Shown here piece after piece: positions 1-8,595 of a stretch of DNA of 32,818 nucleotides. The first letter of the stretch is position 1. Every line of letters starts with the position of its first letter. The notes below the pieces were generated by a model that did no database searches, was not told where the DNA came from, and was given only the letters and a program-made list of their open reading frames with translations. A program made the translations under genes and the position numbers. The DNA is from Gammaproteobacteria bacterium (GTDB lineage Bacteria > Pseudomonadota > Gammaproteobacteria > QNFN01), in assembly GCA_009937385.1 (NCBI GenBank), contig JAACFL010000002.1, positions 1 through 32,818 of the forward strand, in the 5' to 3' direction.

Positions 1-470
1 AGGCCCAGGCGCGACAGGCGCACGCCGTTCTCGGCCCAGCGCGGGACCTTGAATACATTGACGACGATGATGCCGGCGATGATGCCGAGCACCACGTAGT
101 TCAGGCCCAGGACCTGGTGAAGGTACTTGTCACCCATGATTGGACCCAAGCCCTTGGACAGCACCGCGACGAACGGGGCCACGTACCAGCGCACCAGCAT
201 GGCGATCATGAAGATGAAGATCGCGCCGGCGACCGTGGAGAGGTAGTAGTCGAGGTTGCCCTCGACGTGCTTGCCGAACAGGTGCCAGAGGCCTACCGCG
301 ACCGCGATGCCACCGAAGATGTAGGAAAGCGTGGTGATCTCCCAGACCATCTTCTTGATGTTCAGGGCCTCGATCAGGCCGGACTGGATCCCGGTACCGG
401 CGGTCGCGCCGATGACCAATAGAACGACCCCCATGATCAGCAGGGCCGGGTGCTTGTGGGTGTAGACCAT
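1..470 (-). CDS. YeiH-like putative sulfate exporter family membrane protein (only the 5' part is in the window; runs off the left edge)
   Basis: Not in the ORF track; I translated it manually from the ATG at 470, which follows a GAGGAG SD: MVYTHKHPALLIMGVVLLVIGATAG...LGLNYVVLGIIAGIIVVNVFKVPRWAENGVRLSRLG. It has several hydrophobic helices and no stop before base 1. The family call rests on recalled similarity of the LNYVVLGII...N..P.W..NGV segment. Confidence 0.7.
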   Translation of the reverse strand, partial: MVYTHKHPALLIMGVVLLVIGATAGTGIQSGLIEALNIKKMVWEITTLSYIFGGIAVAVGLWHLFGKHVEGNLDYYLSTVAGAIFIFMIAMLVRWYVAPFVAVLSKGLGPIMGDKYLHQVLGLNYVVLGIIAGIIVVNVFKVPRWAENGVRLSRLG

Positions 471-550
471 TGACGCGGTTCTCCTCTGGTGGTGGAAAGG
501 GACGGTCGGCTACATTGGCCGCCGGTTCTTTTTTACGTATTAGTAGGGTC

Positions 551-577
551 AAACGTTCGGCTGATACGGATTATTCC
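551..577 (-). promoter_or_regulatory. ECF-sigma-type promoter (GGAATA-N16-CGTTT) upstream of the YeiH-like gene
   Basis: The minus strand reads GGAATA ATCCGTATCAGCCGAA CGTTT about 80 nt upstream of the ATG. This matches the general ECF GGAA(C/T)...CGTT pattern, and an ECF sigma gene lies just upstream on the same strand. Confidence 0.55.
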
Positions 578-743
578 CCGGTCGTGTGCAGGGTCATCGC
601 CGGATTGACCTATGGCATCTCGTGGAGAGGTGGGAGCGATGGCGTGACCTGACCGGACAGGAGTCGAGCCGAGACGCCCAGGAAATGGGGAGTGGGGCGT
701 GAGCGTTTGCCAGCAGGTCCAGGAGATCGCCGAGGGTGGGCGA

Positions 744-1505
744 TCAGGCCAGGCAGGGCTCCGCGCCACTGCGTGCTTCCTCGAGTGCCAGCACCCCGGC
801 GGGATCGAGCGGGAGCCGGGCTCGCGTCAGTCGATGCACGACCCTGGCAATCCCGGCCAGGCGGCTCGGGTCCATGCTTGGGGCGATCAGGTAGAACGAC
901 ACCCCGCCGGAGGCCCAGTGCCAGGCCGCAGCAGCGTCGAGGTCGAGGGAGCCTAGTGGCTTGTCATGACTTCCAGGCCTGGAAAAGACCACCAGGCTGA
1001 CAGCACAGCCACGTGGGCCCTGGTAACCCACGTGCAGTCCACGACCGCCACGCAGGCGTATCTGGCGCACCCCGCCAAAGGCCAGCTCGACCCGGGTCAG
1101 GTCGGGGACGTAGGCGAGTTGCAGGGAGTCGAAACCGACCTTGGTCATCGCATCGGGGTGGCCTTCCTCACGGGAGCTGGACCAGGTCTGGTGGAGTTCG
1201 AGCGCGAGCTGCGGTCCGGGCGCGGGACGGTGCAGCTCCGAATGCCAGGCAATGCCGAACAGGAGGCCGACCACGAGCGTGGCGGCGATCGCGGCGACAC
1301 GTAGGCCGTTGCGATGGCTGCACGGGAGCTTGCTGAGGGGACCAGGGTGGGGCGGGGCGGCTTGCGCGACAGAAGCCTTCAGCGCGGTCAGTGCGGCGAC
1401 TTCGCGCGCCAGCACCGGCTCGCGCGCGATCGCCTCGGCCACGTCGGCCGCCTCGTCGGGCGGCAGTTCACCGTCGACGTAGGCATTCAACTGCTCCCAG
1501 CGCAT
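744..1505 (-). CDS. Transmembrane anti-sigma factor
   Basis: N-terminal LNAYVDGELPP anti-sigma motif without the HxxxCxxC zinc ligands, one TM helix (VAAIAATLVVGLLFGIAW) and a C-terminal extracytoplasmic domain. Strong GAGGAG SD; starts 12 nt after the sigma stop. Confidence 0.85.
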   Translation of the reverse strand: MRWEQLNAYVDGELPPDEAADVAEAIAREPVLAREVAALTALKASVAQAAPPHPGPLSKLPCSHRNGLRVAAIAATLVVGLLFGIAWHSELHRPAPGPQLALELHQTWSSSREEGHPDAMTKVGFDSLQLAYVPDLTRVELAFGGVRQIRLRGGRGLHVGYQGPRGCAVSLVVFSRPGSHDKPLGSLDLDAAAAWHWASGGVSFYLIAPSMDPSRLAGIARVVHRLTRARLPLDPAGVLALEEARSGAEPCLA

Positions 1506-1517
1506 CCCTTCTCCTCC

Positions 1518-2093
1518 TCATCCACGTCGTACCAATCGCAGCCGCAGCGGGCTTATGGCTGGCTCCTCGAGAGCCTGCAGCATCCGCTTTCTGGCGCGGC
1601 TGACCCGGCTCATCACCGTCCCAATCGGGATCTCCAGCAGCTCCGCCACCTCCTTGTAGGTGAAGCCGGCCATGTCGACCAGTACCAGCACCTCGCGGTG
1701 ATCCGGAGCGATACGCGCCAGCCCCTCGCGCACAACGAGGCGGTTGAACAGTCGTTTCTCGATACTAGAAACGTCCGGATGCCATGCTTCATTCCCCGAG
1801 CTCGCATTGCCCTCTTCGAGGGCATCCCAGGAAACGGGCTGCCGGGCGCGGCGCCGACACTCGTCGACCCAAGTGTTGCGCAGGATGCGGAACAGCCAGG
1901 TGCGGTAGGCCAGCGCGTTGTCCGGCACGTTTTTCGCGCCCAAGGCCTTCAGGGCGCAAGCCTGCACGAGGTCGCCTGCTTCGTCGGGCCCACCGGCAAG
2001 GTGCAGCGCATAGGCGTAGAGCCGGTCGAGGTGCTCTTCGATCCGGCAGGCGGTCGTTTCATCATCAGGAGCGGGCGGTGGCTTGCCTGGCAT
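1518..2093 (-). CDS. ECF-family RNA polymerase sigma-70 factor
   Basis: Region 2 motifs (EAGDLVQ, WLFRILRNTWVD) and region 4 motif (FTYKEVAELLEIPIGTVMSRVSRAR); paired with an anti-sigma gene. Confidence 0.93.
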   Translation of the reverse strand: MPGKPPPAPDDETTACRIEEHLDRLYAYALHLAGGPDEAGDLVQACALKALGAKNVPDNALAYRTWLFRILRNTWVDECRRRARQPVSWDALEEGNASSGNEAWHPDVSSIEKRLFNRLVVREGLARIAPDHREVLVLVDMAGFTYKEVAELLEIPIGTVMSRVSRARKRMLQALEEPAISPLRLRLVRRG

Positions 2094-2144
2094 CCTGTTC
2101 CTCGTTTCGCCAGGGCGTCATTTCGATGGCGACGCCTCGTCGCC

Positions 2145-2174
2145 ACGATGCGCGCGACGCAGGTGGCCTGTCAA
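2145..2174 (-). promoter_or_regulatory. Putative sigma70 promoter of the ECF sigma gene (TTGACA-N18-CATCGT)
   Basis: Perfect -35 hexamer and a weak -10, about 50 nt upstream of the ATG at 2093. Confidence 0.35.
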
Positions 2175-2191
2175 CGCGCCAGATCAACGTT

Positions 2192-2701
2192 CTAGCGAGG
2201 TGGTGATGGGCGACGCAACAACACGTAGCAGGCTCCGGTACCGCCGTCGGCAGGTCGTGCGGGTGCGCTGTCGAGCACCTCGGGGTGTCGTTCCAGCCAG
2301 CCGGGAAGTGCGCGCCGCAGCACCCCGCCTTCGGCGCTGCCACGGCCAATGCCCGTGATCACCAGAACGCAGCGCCTCCCGGAGGCGTGTGCTCTGGCCA
2401 GGAAGGCGTCGAGTTGGGCATGGGCTTCGTCGCGGGTCAGGCCGTGAAGGTCGAGCGTCTCCTCGGGACGCAACTGGCCCCGCCGCAGCCTCTGACGGGT
2501 GCGCGCCTGGACACCGCTGCCGTCGGCGATCGGGCGTCGTGGACGCGTCGTGGGCGGTTCGACTGCGGTTACGGGTCGCGATCGCGGCTTGGTCGCCGGT
2601 GGCGTTGCGCGCGCTTCGCCCGCGAGCGGCGTGACGCCGCGCATCGCTTCGCGGAACAGCGCGCGTTCGGCGTCGTCGAGGCTTTTCCTGGGACGTTTCA
2701 C
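2192..2701 (-). CDS. Smr/MutS2 C-terminal domain endonuclease (SmrA/SmrB-like)
   Basis: N-terminal LFREAMRGVTPL, then LDLHGLT, VITGIG and GGTGACYVLLR motifs. I moved the start to the GTG at 2701 because the ORF-track extension overlaps surE and its promoter region. Confidence 0.88.
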   Translation of the reverse strand: MKRPRKSLDDAERALFREAMRGVTPLAGEARATPPATKPRSRPVTAVEPPTTRPRRPIADGSGVQARTRQRLRRGQLRPEETLDLHGLTRDEAHAQLDAFLARAHASGRRCVLVITGIGRGSAEGGVLRRALPGWLERHPEVLDSAPARPADGGTGACYVLLRRPSPPR

Positions 2702-2816
2702 ACTCTCGATTATCCCACGTTCGCGAGCGGCCGCGGCATGGCGAGGGTGGCTGGGGATTCGGTTATAGTACGCACGACCCGCGCGATTGCGCGGCCACGA
2801 CCGCGCCGAAAATCGA

Positions 2817-3572
2817 ATGCACATCCTGCTCAGTAACGACGACGGCTACCTCGCCGAGGGGCTCCGACGGCTCGCCGAGGCGCTGGCCGGGGTGGGCCGG
2901 TTGACCGTCGTCGCCCCGGACCGCAATCGCAGCGGGGCCAGTAACTCGCTGACCCTCGACGTCCCGCTGCGCATGCACCGGCTCGACGATGGCACCATTC
3001 GCGTCGACGGCACGCCGACCGACTGCGTGCACCTCGCCATCACTGGGCTGCTCGACGAGGAACCCGACATGGTGGTCTCGGGGATCAACTCCGGGCCGAA
3101 TCTCGGCGACGACGTGATCTATTCAGGAACCGTCGCCGCGGCGATGGAGGGGCGTTTCCTCGGGCTGCCGGCGATCGCCGTGTCGATGGGCAGCTACGAC
3201 GCCGAGCACTACGCCAGCGGCGTGCGCGCCACCCTGCAACTGGTCGATCAGCTGCAGAACGTTCCACTGCCAACGGACTCCATTCTCAACGTCAACGTCC
3301 CCGACCTGCCGTGGGAGCAGATCCGCGGCTTCCGCGCCACGCGACTCGGTCACCGTCACCGCGCCGAGCCGGTGGCGCGCAGCACCGATCCACGCGGACG
3401 CGAGATCTTCTGGATCGGCCCGGCCGGGCCGGAGCAGGACGCCGGTCCGGGCACCGACTTCGACGCGGTGCGCAATGGCTACGTGTCGGTCACGCCGCTG
3501 CAGGTCGACCTGACCCGCCACGCGGCACTCGACACGGTCGCGGCATGGCTCGATAGCGGAGCGCGCGCGTGA
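2817..3572 (+). CDS. surE: 5'/3'-nucleotidase SurE
   Basis: [50 protein letters not shown]; classic operon position. Confidence 0.97.
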   Translation: MHILLSNDDGYLAEGLRRLAEALAGVGRLTVVAPDRNRSGASNSLTLDVPLRMHRLDDGTIRVDGTPTDCVHLAITGLLDEEPDMVVSGINSGPNLGDDVIYSGTVAAAMEGRFLGLPAIAVSMGSYDAEHYASGVRATLQLVDQLQNVPLPTDSILNVNVPDLPWEQIRGFRATRLGHRHRAEPVARSTDPRGREIFWIGPAGPEQDAGPGTDFDAVRNGYVSVTPLQVDLTRHAALDTVAAWLDSGARA

Positions 3573-4228
3573 ACGCCGGGCACAGCGGCATCGGCATGAC
3601 CTCGCTGCGCACCCGCGACCGCCTGGTCGCCCGGCTGCGCGAGGAGGGGATCCGCAACCCCGCGGTGCTGGAAGCGATCCGCGAGGTGCCGCGCCACCTG
3701 TTCGTCGACGAGGCGCTCGCGAGCCGCGCCTACGAGGACACCGCGCTGCCGATCGGTTTCGGCCAGACCATCTCGCAGCCCTACATCGTCGCACTGATGA
3801 CCGAGGCGGTGCTGGCCGAAGGATCACCGCAGAGCGTGCTCGAGGTCGGCACCGGTTCCGGCTACCAGGCCGTGGTGCTGTCGCGCCTGGTGCCGAAGGT
3901 CTACAGCGTCGAGCGGCACGCCAAGCTGCTGCAGCGGTCTCGTCAGCTGTTCCGTGAGCTGCGTATCTACAACATCAAGACCAACCTGAGCGACGGCAGC
4001 TGGGGCTGGCCGGGTCATGCGCCGTACGACGCGATCGTGGTCACCGCGGCGCCGCTCGAAGTGCCCCAGGCCCTGCTCGAGCAGCTCGCCGACGGCGGTC
4101 GTCTGGTGATCCCGGTCGGTGATCGCGGTGGCCAGGAACTGCGCGTGATCACGCGCAACGGCTACCGTTTCGAGGAGTCGCACCTGGCCTGGGTGAGCTT
4201 CGTGCCACTGGTGCCGGGGCGCAGCTGA
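3569..4228 (+). CDS. pcm: Protein-L-isoaspartate O-methyltransferase
   Basis: [34 protein letters not shown] and FVPLV motifs; GTGA overlap with the surE stop. Confidence 0.97.
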   Translation: MNAGHSGIGMTSLRTRDRLVARLREEGIRNPAVLEAIREVPRHLFVDEALASRAYEDTALPIGFGQTISQPYIVALMTEAVLAEGSPQSVLEVGTGSGYQAVVLSRLVPKVYSVERHAKLLQRSRQLFRELRIYNIKTNLSDGSWGWPGHAPYDAIVVTAAPLEVPQALLEQLADGGRLVIPVGDRGGQELRVITRNGYRFEESHLAWVSFVPLVPGRS

Positions 4229-4229
4229 G

Positions 4230-4805
4230 ATGCGAATCTTCTCGGCACTCTACGAGCGGACGATGACCTGGGCCGCGCATCGCCATGCCCCCTGGTATCT
4301 GGGTGGCCTGAGTTTCGCCGAATCGTCGTTTTTCCCGATCCCGCCGGACGTGATGCTGGCGCCGATGAGCCTGGCACGCACCGACCGTGCGTGGTGGTAC
4401 GCGACGCTCACGACCGTGGCCTCGGTGGTCGGCGGCCTGTTCGGCTACCTGATCGGCATGCTGGCGATCGACGCGGTGTTGCCGTTGCTGGTCGATGCCG
4501 GCTACGGATCCCGCTACGACCAGGCCATCGCCTGGTTCGCCGAGTGGGGCGTCTGGGTGGTGTTCATCGCCGGCTTCTCACCGATTCCCTACAAGCTGTT
4601 CACCATCTCCGCCGGAGCCAGCGCCATGGCGCTGCTGCCGTTTACGATCGCCTCGCTGGTCGGGCGCGGCGCACGCTTCTTCATGGTTGCCGGCCTGATG
4701 CGCTGGGGTGGCGCGCCGATGGAGAAGCTCCTGCGCACCTACATCGACCGTCTCGGCTGGCTGGTGGTCTTTCTGGGCGTCGTCTATGTCCTGATCGCAC
4801 ACTGA
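4230..4805 (+). CDS. yqaA: YqaA/DedA family membrane protein
   Basis: SFAESSFFPIPPDVML and GFSPIPYKLFTI motifs; lies between pcm and nlpD. Confidence 0.9.
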   Translation: MRIFSALYERTMTWAAHRHAPWYLGGLSFAESSFFPIPPDVMLAPMSLARTDRAWWYATLTTVASVVGGLFGYLIGMLAIDAVLPLLVDAGYGSRYDQAIAWFAEWGVWVVFIAGFSPIPYKLFTISAGASAMALLPFTIASLVGRGARFFMVAGLMRWGGAPMEKLLRTYIDRLGWLVVFLGVVYVLIAH

Positions 4806-5650
4806 TGAAGCGCGCGCGCATCAATCTCCTGCCCATGCTCCTGGGCATCCTGCTGCTGACCGCCTGCGGTCCGCCACCCCCCGCCCCGGTCGCGAACCGC
4901 AGCAGTGGCGCGCCGCCGCCGCCAACCTCCTACACCGTGCGCCGAGGCGACACCCTCTACTCGATCGCCTGGCAGTACGGTCTCGATCACCGCCAGGTGG
5001 CGGTGTGGAACGGCATCGGCGCACCCTACACGATCTATCCCGGACAGCGACTCGCGATGCGCAAGCCGGCGGTGCCCGCGTCGCGGCCTCCACCGGCGCC
5101 GAGCCGGACGACGCAGGCAAGCAAGCCGGCACCGAAACCGGCCACGAAACCGAAAACCGTTTCGCCACCGCCCCGGACCGCCACGGCGAAACCGGCGCCG
5201 AGCAAGCCGGCCACCAGCGCACCCCGCAAGGCGCCGCGCAGCGACCCGGCGGCGCCGAGTGCGACCCGCAGCGTGGGTGGCGTCGCCTGGCGCTGGCCGA
5301 CGCGCGGTCGTCTCTATCGCACGTTCAATGCCAGCGACCCGACGCGCAAGGGCGTCGACATCGTCGGCAGCGAGGGGCAGTCGGTGTACGCTGCGTCGGG
5401 TGGCAAGGTGGTCTACAGCGGCAACGGCCTGGTCGGTTACGGCAACCTCATCATCATCAAGCACAACAACACCTACCTGAGCGCGTACGGACACAACCGT
5501 GAACTCCTCGTGGGTGAGGGTGACGACGTTGCTCCAGGGCAGTTGATTGCGAAAATGGGTCGGGTAGATAATGATCGGGCAATGTTGCACTTTGAAATTC
5601 GCCGCCAGGGAAAGCCGGTCGACCCATTGCGACTGCTGCCGAAGGGATGA
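4805..5650 (+). CDS. nlpD: LysM / M23 peptidase-like lipoprotein NlpD
   Basis: Start reassigned to the ATG at 4805 (TGATG overlap with yqaA). Lipobox LLLTAC, LysM domain (YTVRRGDTLYSIA), Pro/Ala/Lys linker and M23 domain (WRWPT, GYGNLIIIKH, LHFEIR); upstream of rpoS. Confidence 0.95.
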   Translation: MKRARINLLPMLLGILLLTACGPPPPAPVANRSSGAPPPPTSYTVRRGDTLYSIAWQYGLDHRQVAVWNGIGAPYTIYPGQRLAMRKPAVPASRPPPAPSRTTQASKPAPKPATKPKTVSPPPRTATAKPAPSKPATSAPRKAPRSDPAAPSATRSVGGVAWRWPTRGRLYRTFNASDPTRKGVDIVGSEGQSVYAASGGKVVYSGNGLVGYGNLIIIKHNNTYLSAYGHNRELLVGEGDDVAPGQLIAKMGRVDNDRAMLHFEIRRQGKPVDPLRLLPKG

Positions 5651-5752
5651 TGGTCAGCCCGTACGAGCTTTCCATCGTTCCCGAACCGCAGCCCAAAGGG
5701 TAGGACGAAGACGCACGTGATGTCCGATCACGAGGAGTCTAAGGAGCGGACG

Positions 5753-6745
5753 ATGCTAGGAGAGGACGATATGGAGAATCTCGCCGACCAGGAGGTCGAC
5801 CTCAACTATTCGGCTGAAGCCGACGCTGACACCGAAGACGCCAGTCCCGAGGTCGTGGACGAGGGACCGCGGACCTTTGCCAAGGAGTCCAAGCTGACCT
5901 CGAGCAGCAGTGCGCAGCTCGATGCCACGCGACTCTATCTCAACGAGATAGGTGCCTCGCCACTGCTCACCGCGGAGGAGGAGGTCTACTTCGCGCGGCG
6001 TGCGCAGAAGGGTGACGAGGCGTCGCGCAAGCGCATGATCGAGAGCAATCTGCGGCTGGTGGTGCGCATCGCGCGTCGCTACGTCAACCGCGGGCTCGCG
6101 CTGCTCGACCTGATCGAGGAGGGCAACCTCGGCCTGATACGCGCGGTCGAGAAGTTCGACCCCGAGCGCGGCTTCCGCTTCTCGACCTACGCCACCTGGT
6201 GGATCCGCCAGACCATCGAGCGCGCGATCATGAACCAGACGCGCACCGTGCGCCTGCCGATCCACGTGGTCAAGGAGATCAACGTCTACCTGCGCGCGGC
6301 CCGGCGCCTGGCGCAGAGCCTCGACCACGAGCCGACCATCGAGGAGATCGCCGAACTGCTCGACAAGCCGGTCGAGGAGGCGAAACGGATGATGGGTCTC
6401 AACGAGCGCGAGACCTCGGTCGATACGCCGCTTTCACGGGAGGTGGACAAGCCGCTCCTCGAGGCGATCCCCGACGAGACGCTGATCGACCCGTCCGACG
6501 CGCTGCAGGATCAGACCATGCACGACAAGCTCGAGGAGTGGCTCGGGCAGCTGACCGACAAGCAGCGCGAGGTGGTCGAGCGCCGCTTCGGACTGCACGG
6601 TTACGAGTCGGCGACCCTCGAGCAGGTCGGCAACGAGATCGGCGTCACCCGCGAACGGGTCCGGCAGATCCAGATGGACGCGCTGCAGCGGTTGCGCAAG
6701 ATCATGGAGAACACCGGCTACTCGGCGAGCACGCTGTTCAGGTGA
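5753..6745 (+). CDS. rpoS: RNA polymerase sigma factor RpoS
   Basis: [69 protein letters not shown] and TRERVRQIQ. The ATG at 5753 has AAGGAG 6 nt upstream; alternative starts are 5717 and 5720. Confidence 0.96.
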   Translation: MLGEDDMENLADQEVDLNYSAEADADTEDASPEVVDEGPRTFAKESKLTSSSSAQLDATRLYLNEIGASPLLTAEEEVYFARRAQKGDEASRKRMIESNLRLVVRIARRYVNRGLALLDLIEEGNLGLIRAVEKFDPERGFRFSTYATWWIRQTIERAIMNQTRTVRLPIHVVKEINVYLRAARRLAQSLDHEPTIEEIAELLDKPVEEAKRMMGLNERETSVDTPLSREVDKPLLEAIPDETLIDPSDALQDQTMHDKLEEWLGQLTDKQREVVERRFGLHGYESATLEQVGNEIGVTRERVRQIQMDALQRLRKIMENTGYSASTLFR

Positions 6746-6792
6746 GCACCAGCGCAACTCAACCGGTGGATTCTTAACTCGGGCAGAGGTTT

Positions 6793-6855
6793 TTCGCGGC
6801 CTGGGGGCCGTTCCTACAGCTGCACGGCTCTGTAGGAGGCCCGCCCACGGGCCGA
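6793..6855. repeat. Back-to-back pair of GTAG-type REP-like palindromes
   Basis: Minus strand 6818-6793 reads TGTAGGA-ACGGCC-CCCA-GGCCGCGAA; plus strand 6831-6855 reads TGTAGGA-GGCCCG-CCCA-CGGGCC-GA. They share the TGTAGGA head, a GC stem and a CCCA loop, and lie between convergent genes. Confidence 0.7.
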
Positions 6856-6899
6856 TGGTGTTCCCACCTGTGACGGCCTGGTCGGGGCCAGGAATCGGA

Positions 6900-7271
6900 T
6901 CAGTCGATCAGCAGCGCGGCCACGACGCGGCGGCCATCCCCCATGAGCAGGTTGTAGGTCCGGCATGCGGCCGGGGTGTCCATCACCTCGACGCCGATGC
7001 CGCGCTGTTCCATCGGGCGCAGCAGCGCACGATCGGGAAAGCGCAGCCTCGCACCGACTCCGAGCAGCACCATCTCGGGTTCCAGTTCGACGAGTTGCAC
7101 CAGGTGCTCGGCCGTGAGTTCATCGACCGTGCGCGGCGACCAGTCGCGGATCAGCCGATCGGGTGCGACCACGCAGCTGCTCGCCAGTCGTTCACCGTTG
7201 ACCTGCACCATGCCGACGTCATGGGCGACGATGGTGAAGCCGCCCGGATCGAAATCCTGAACAAGTTGCAT
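6900..7271 (-). CDS. Mth938-like domain protein (DUF498; NDUFAF3/AAMDC family)
   Basis: PEMVLLGVG and GIGVEVMDTPAACRTYNLLMGDGRRVVAALL; start set at the ATG at 7271; divergent from alaC. Confidence 0.9.
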   Translation of the reverse strand: MQLVQDFDPGGFTIVAHDVGMVQVNGERLASSCVVAPDRLIRDWSPRTVDELTAEHLVQLVELEPEMVLLGVGARLRFPDRALLRPMEQRGIGVEVMDTPAACRTYNLLMGDGRRVVAALLID

Positions 7272-7315
7272 GGCGCCAAGATACCCGAAGCGGGCTGCGA
7301 GCGGTACCGCGTTCA

Positions 7316-7345
7316 TTGACAGTTTCGTCGCCGGTCCAGTAATGT
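7316..7345 (+). promoter_or_regulatory. Sigma70 promoter of the alaC-hom-thrC operon (TTGACA-N18-TAATGT)
   Basis: Perfect -35 and a TAnnnT -10, 48 nt upstream of the alaC start. Confidence 0.55.
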
Positions 7346-7393
7346 TGCCGGCTTGTTTTTCATCATTCCGGACGTCGGCGCAAGGTAATAAAA

Positions 7394-8584
7394 GTGAACG
7401 AAGAGTTCCGCAGAATCAGTCGGTTGCCGCCGTACGTCTTCAACATCACCACCGAGCTGAAGGCCCAGGCGCGCGCGCGCGGCGAGGACATCATCGACTT
7501 CGGCATGGGGAACCCGGACCAGCCGACACCGGAGCACATCGTCGCCAAGCTGGTCGAGGCGTCGCAGCGCAGCAATACGCACCGCTACTCGGCGTCGCGC
7601 GGCATCCCGCGCCTGCGCCGGGCGATCTGCAACTGGTACGGCGAGCGCTACGCCATCGAACTCGATCCGGAAAGCGAGGCGATCGTCACCATCGGCTCGA
7701 AGGAGGGGCTCGCGCACCTCGCGCTGGCCACCGTCGCCCCGGGTGACGCGGTGCTGGTGCCGAACCCGGCCTACCCGATCCATCCCTACGGCTTCGTGAT
7801 CGCCGGGGCCGACATCCACTACGTGCCGCTGGTGCCCGGCGTGGACTTCTTCGCGGAGCTCGAAAAGAGCATCCGCGACTCCTGGCCGGTGCCGAAGATG
7901 CTGGTGCTGAACTTCCCCGGCAATCCGACCACCCAGTGCGTCGATCTCGAGTTCTTCGAGAAGGTGGTCGAGATCGCGCGCGAGCACGGCATCTGGGTGA
8001 TCCACGACCTGGCCTACGCCGACATCGTCTTCGATGGCTACGTGGCCCCGTCGATACTGCAGGTGCCGGGCGCCAAGGAGATCGCGGTCGAATCGTTCTC
8101 GCTGTCCAAGAGCTACAACATGCCGGGCTGGCGCGTCGGCTTCATGTGCGGCAATCCGAAGCTGATCGCCGCGCTCGCGCGCATGAAGTCCTATCTCGAC
8201 TACGGCATGTTCACGCCGATCCAGGTCGCTGCGATCACCGCGCTGGAAGGGCCGCAGGAGTGCGTGGGCCAGATCCGCGACATGTACCGCTCGCGGCGCG
8301 ACGTGCTGTGCGACGGCCTCAATTCGGCCGGCTGGGAGGTCGAGAAGCCCAAGGCGACGATGTTCGTCTGGGCGCCCATCCCCGAAGCCTACCGCCACCT
8401 CGGCTCGCTGGAATTTTCGAAGCTGCTGATCCAGGAGGCCAAGGTTGCCGTGTCGCCAGGGATCGGTTTCGGCGAGTACGGCGACGATCACGTGCGCTTC
8501 GCGCTGATCGAAAACGAGCACCGCACCCGCCAGGCGGTACGTGGTCTGCGCTCCATGTTCCGCCGCGGCGTCGGCTCGGCCTGA
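7394..8584 (+). CDS. alaC: Alanine transaminase AlaC (class I PLP aminotransferase)
   Basis: [34 protein letters not shown] and the PLP lysine motif [14 protein letters not shown]; ends with ENEHRTRQA. Confidence 0.93.
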   Translation: MNEEFRRISRLPPYVFNITTELKAQARARGEDIIDFGMGNPDQPTPEHIVAKLVEASQRSNTHRYSASRGIPRLRRAICNWYGERYAIELDPESEAIVTIGSKEGLAHLALATVAPGDAVLVPNPAYPIHPYGFVIAGADIHYVPLVPGVDFFAELEKSIRDSWPVPKMLVLNFPGNPTTQCVDLEFFEKVVEIAREHGIWVIHDLAYADIVFDGYVAPSILQVPGAKEIAVESFSLSKSYNMPGWRVGFMCGNPKLIAALARMKSYLDYGMFTPIQVAAITALEGPQECVGQIRDMYRSRRDVLCDGLNSAGWEVEKPKATMFVWAPIPEAYRHLGSLEFSKLLIQEAKVAVSPGIGFGEYGDDHVRFALIENEHRTRQAVRGLRSMFRRGVGSA

Positions 8585-8595
8585 AGGAGAATGTC

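Noticed and set aside
4391-4804. Extension of nlpD into yqaA
   Set aside because: The lipoprotein signal begins at 4805; the upstream part is an alternative frame of yqaA.
5080-5260. Repetitive-looking DNA in nlpD (AAACCGGC-type units)
   Set aside because: It encodes the ordinary Pro/Ala/Lys linker and is not a CRISPR or tandem array.
7936-8595. 220-aa N-terminal extension of hom in the ORF track
   Set aside because: It overlaps alaC in another frame and is Arg-rich nonsense; the real start is the GTG at 8596 with an SD.
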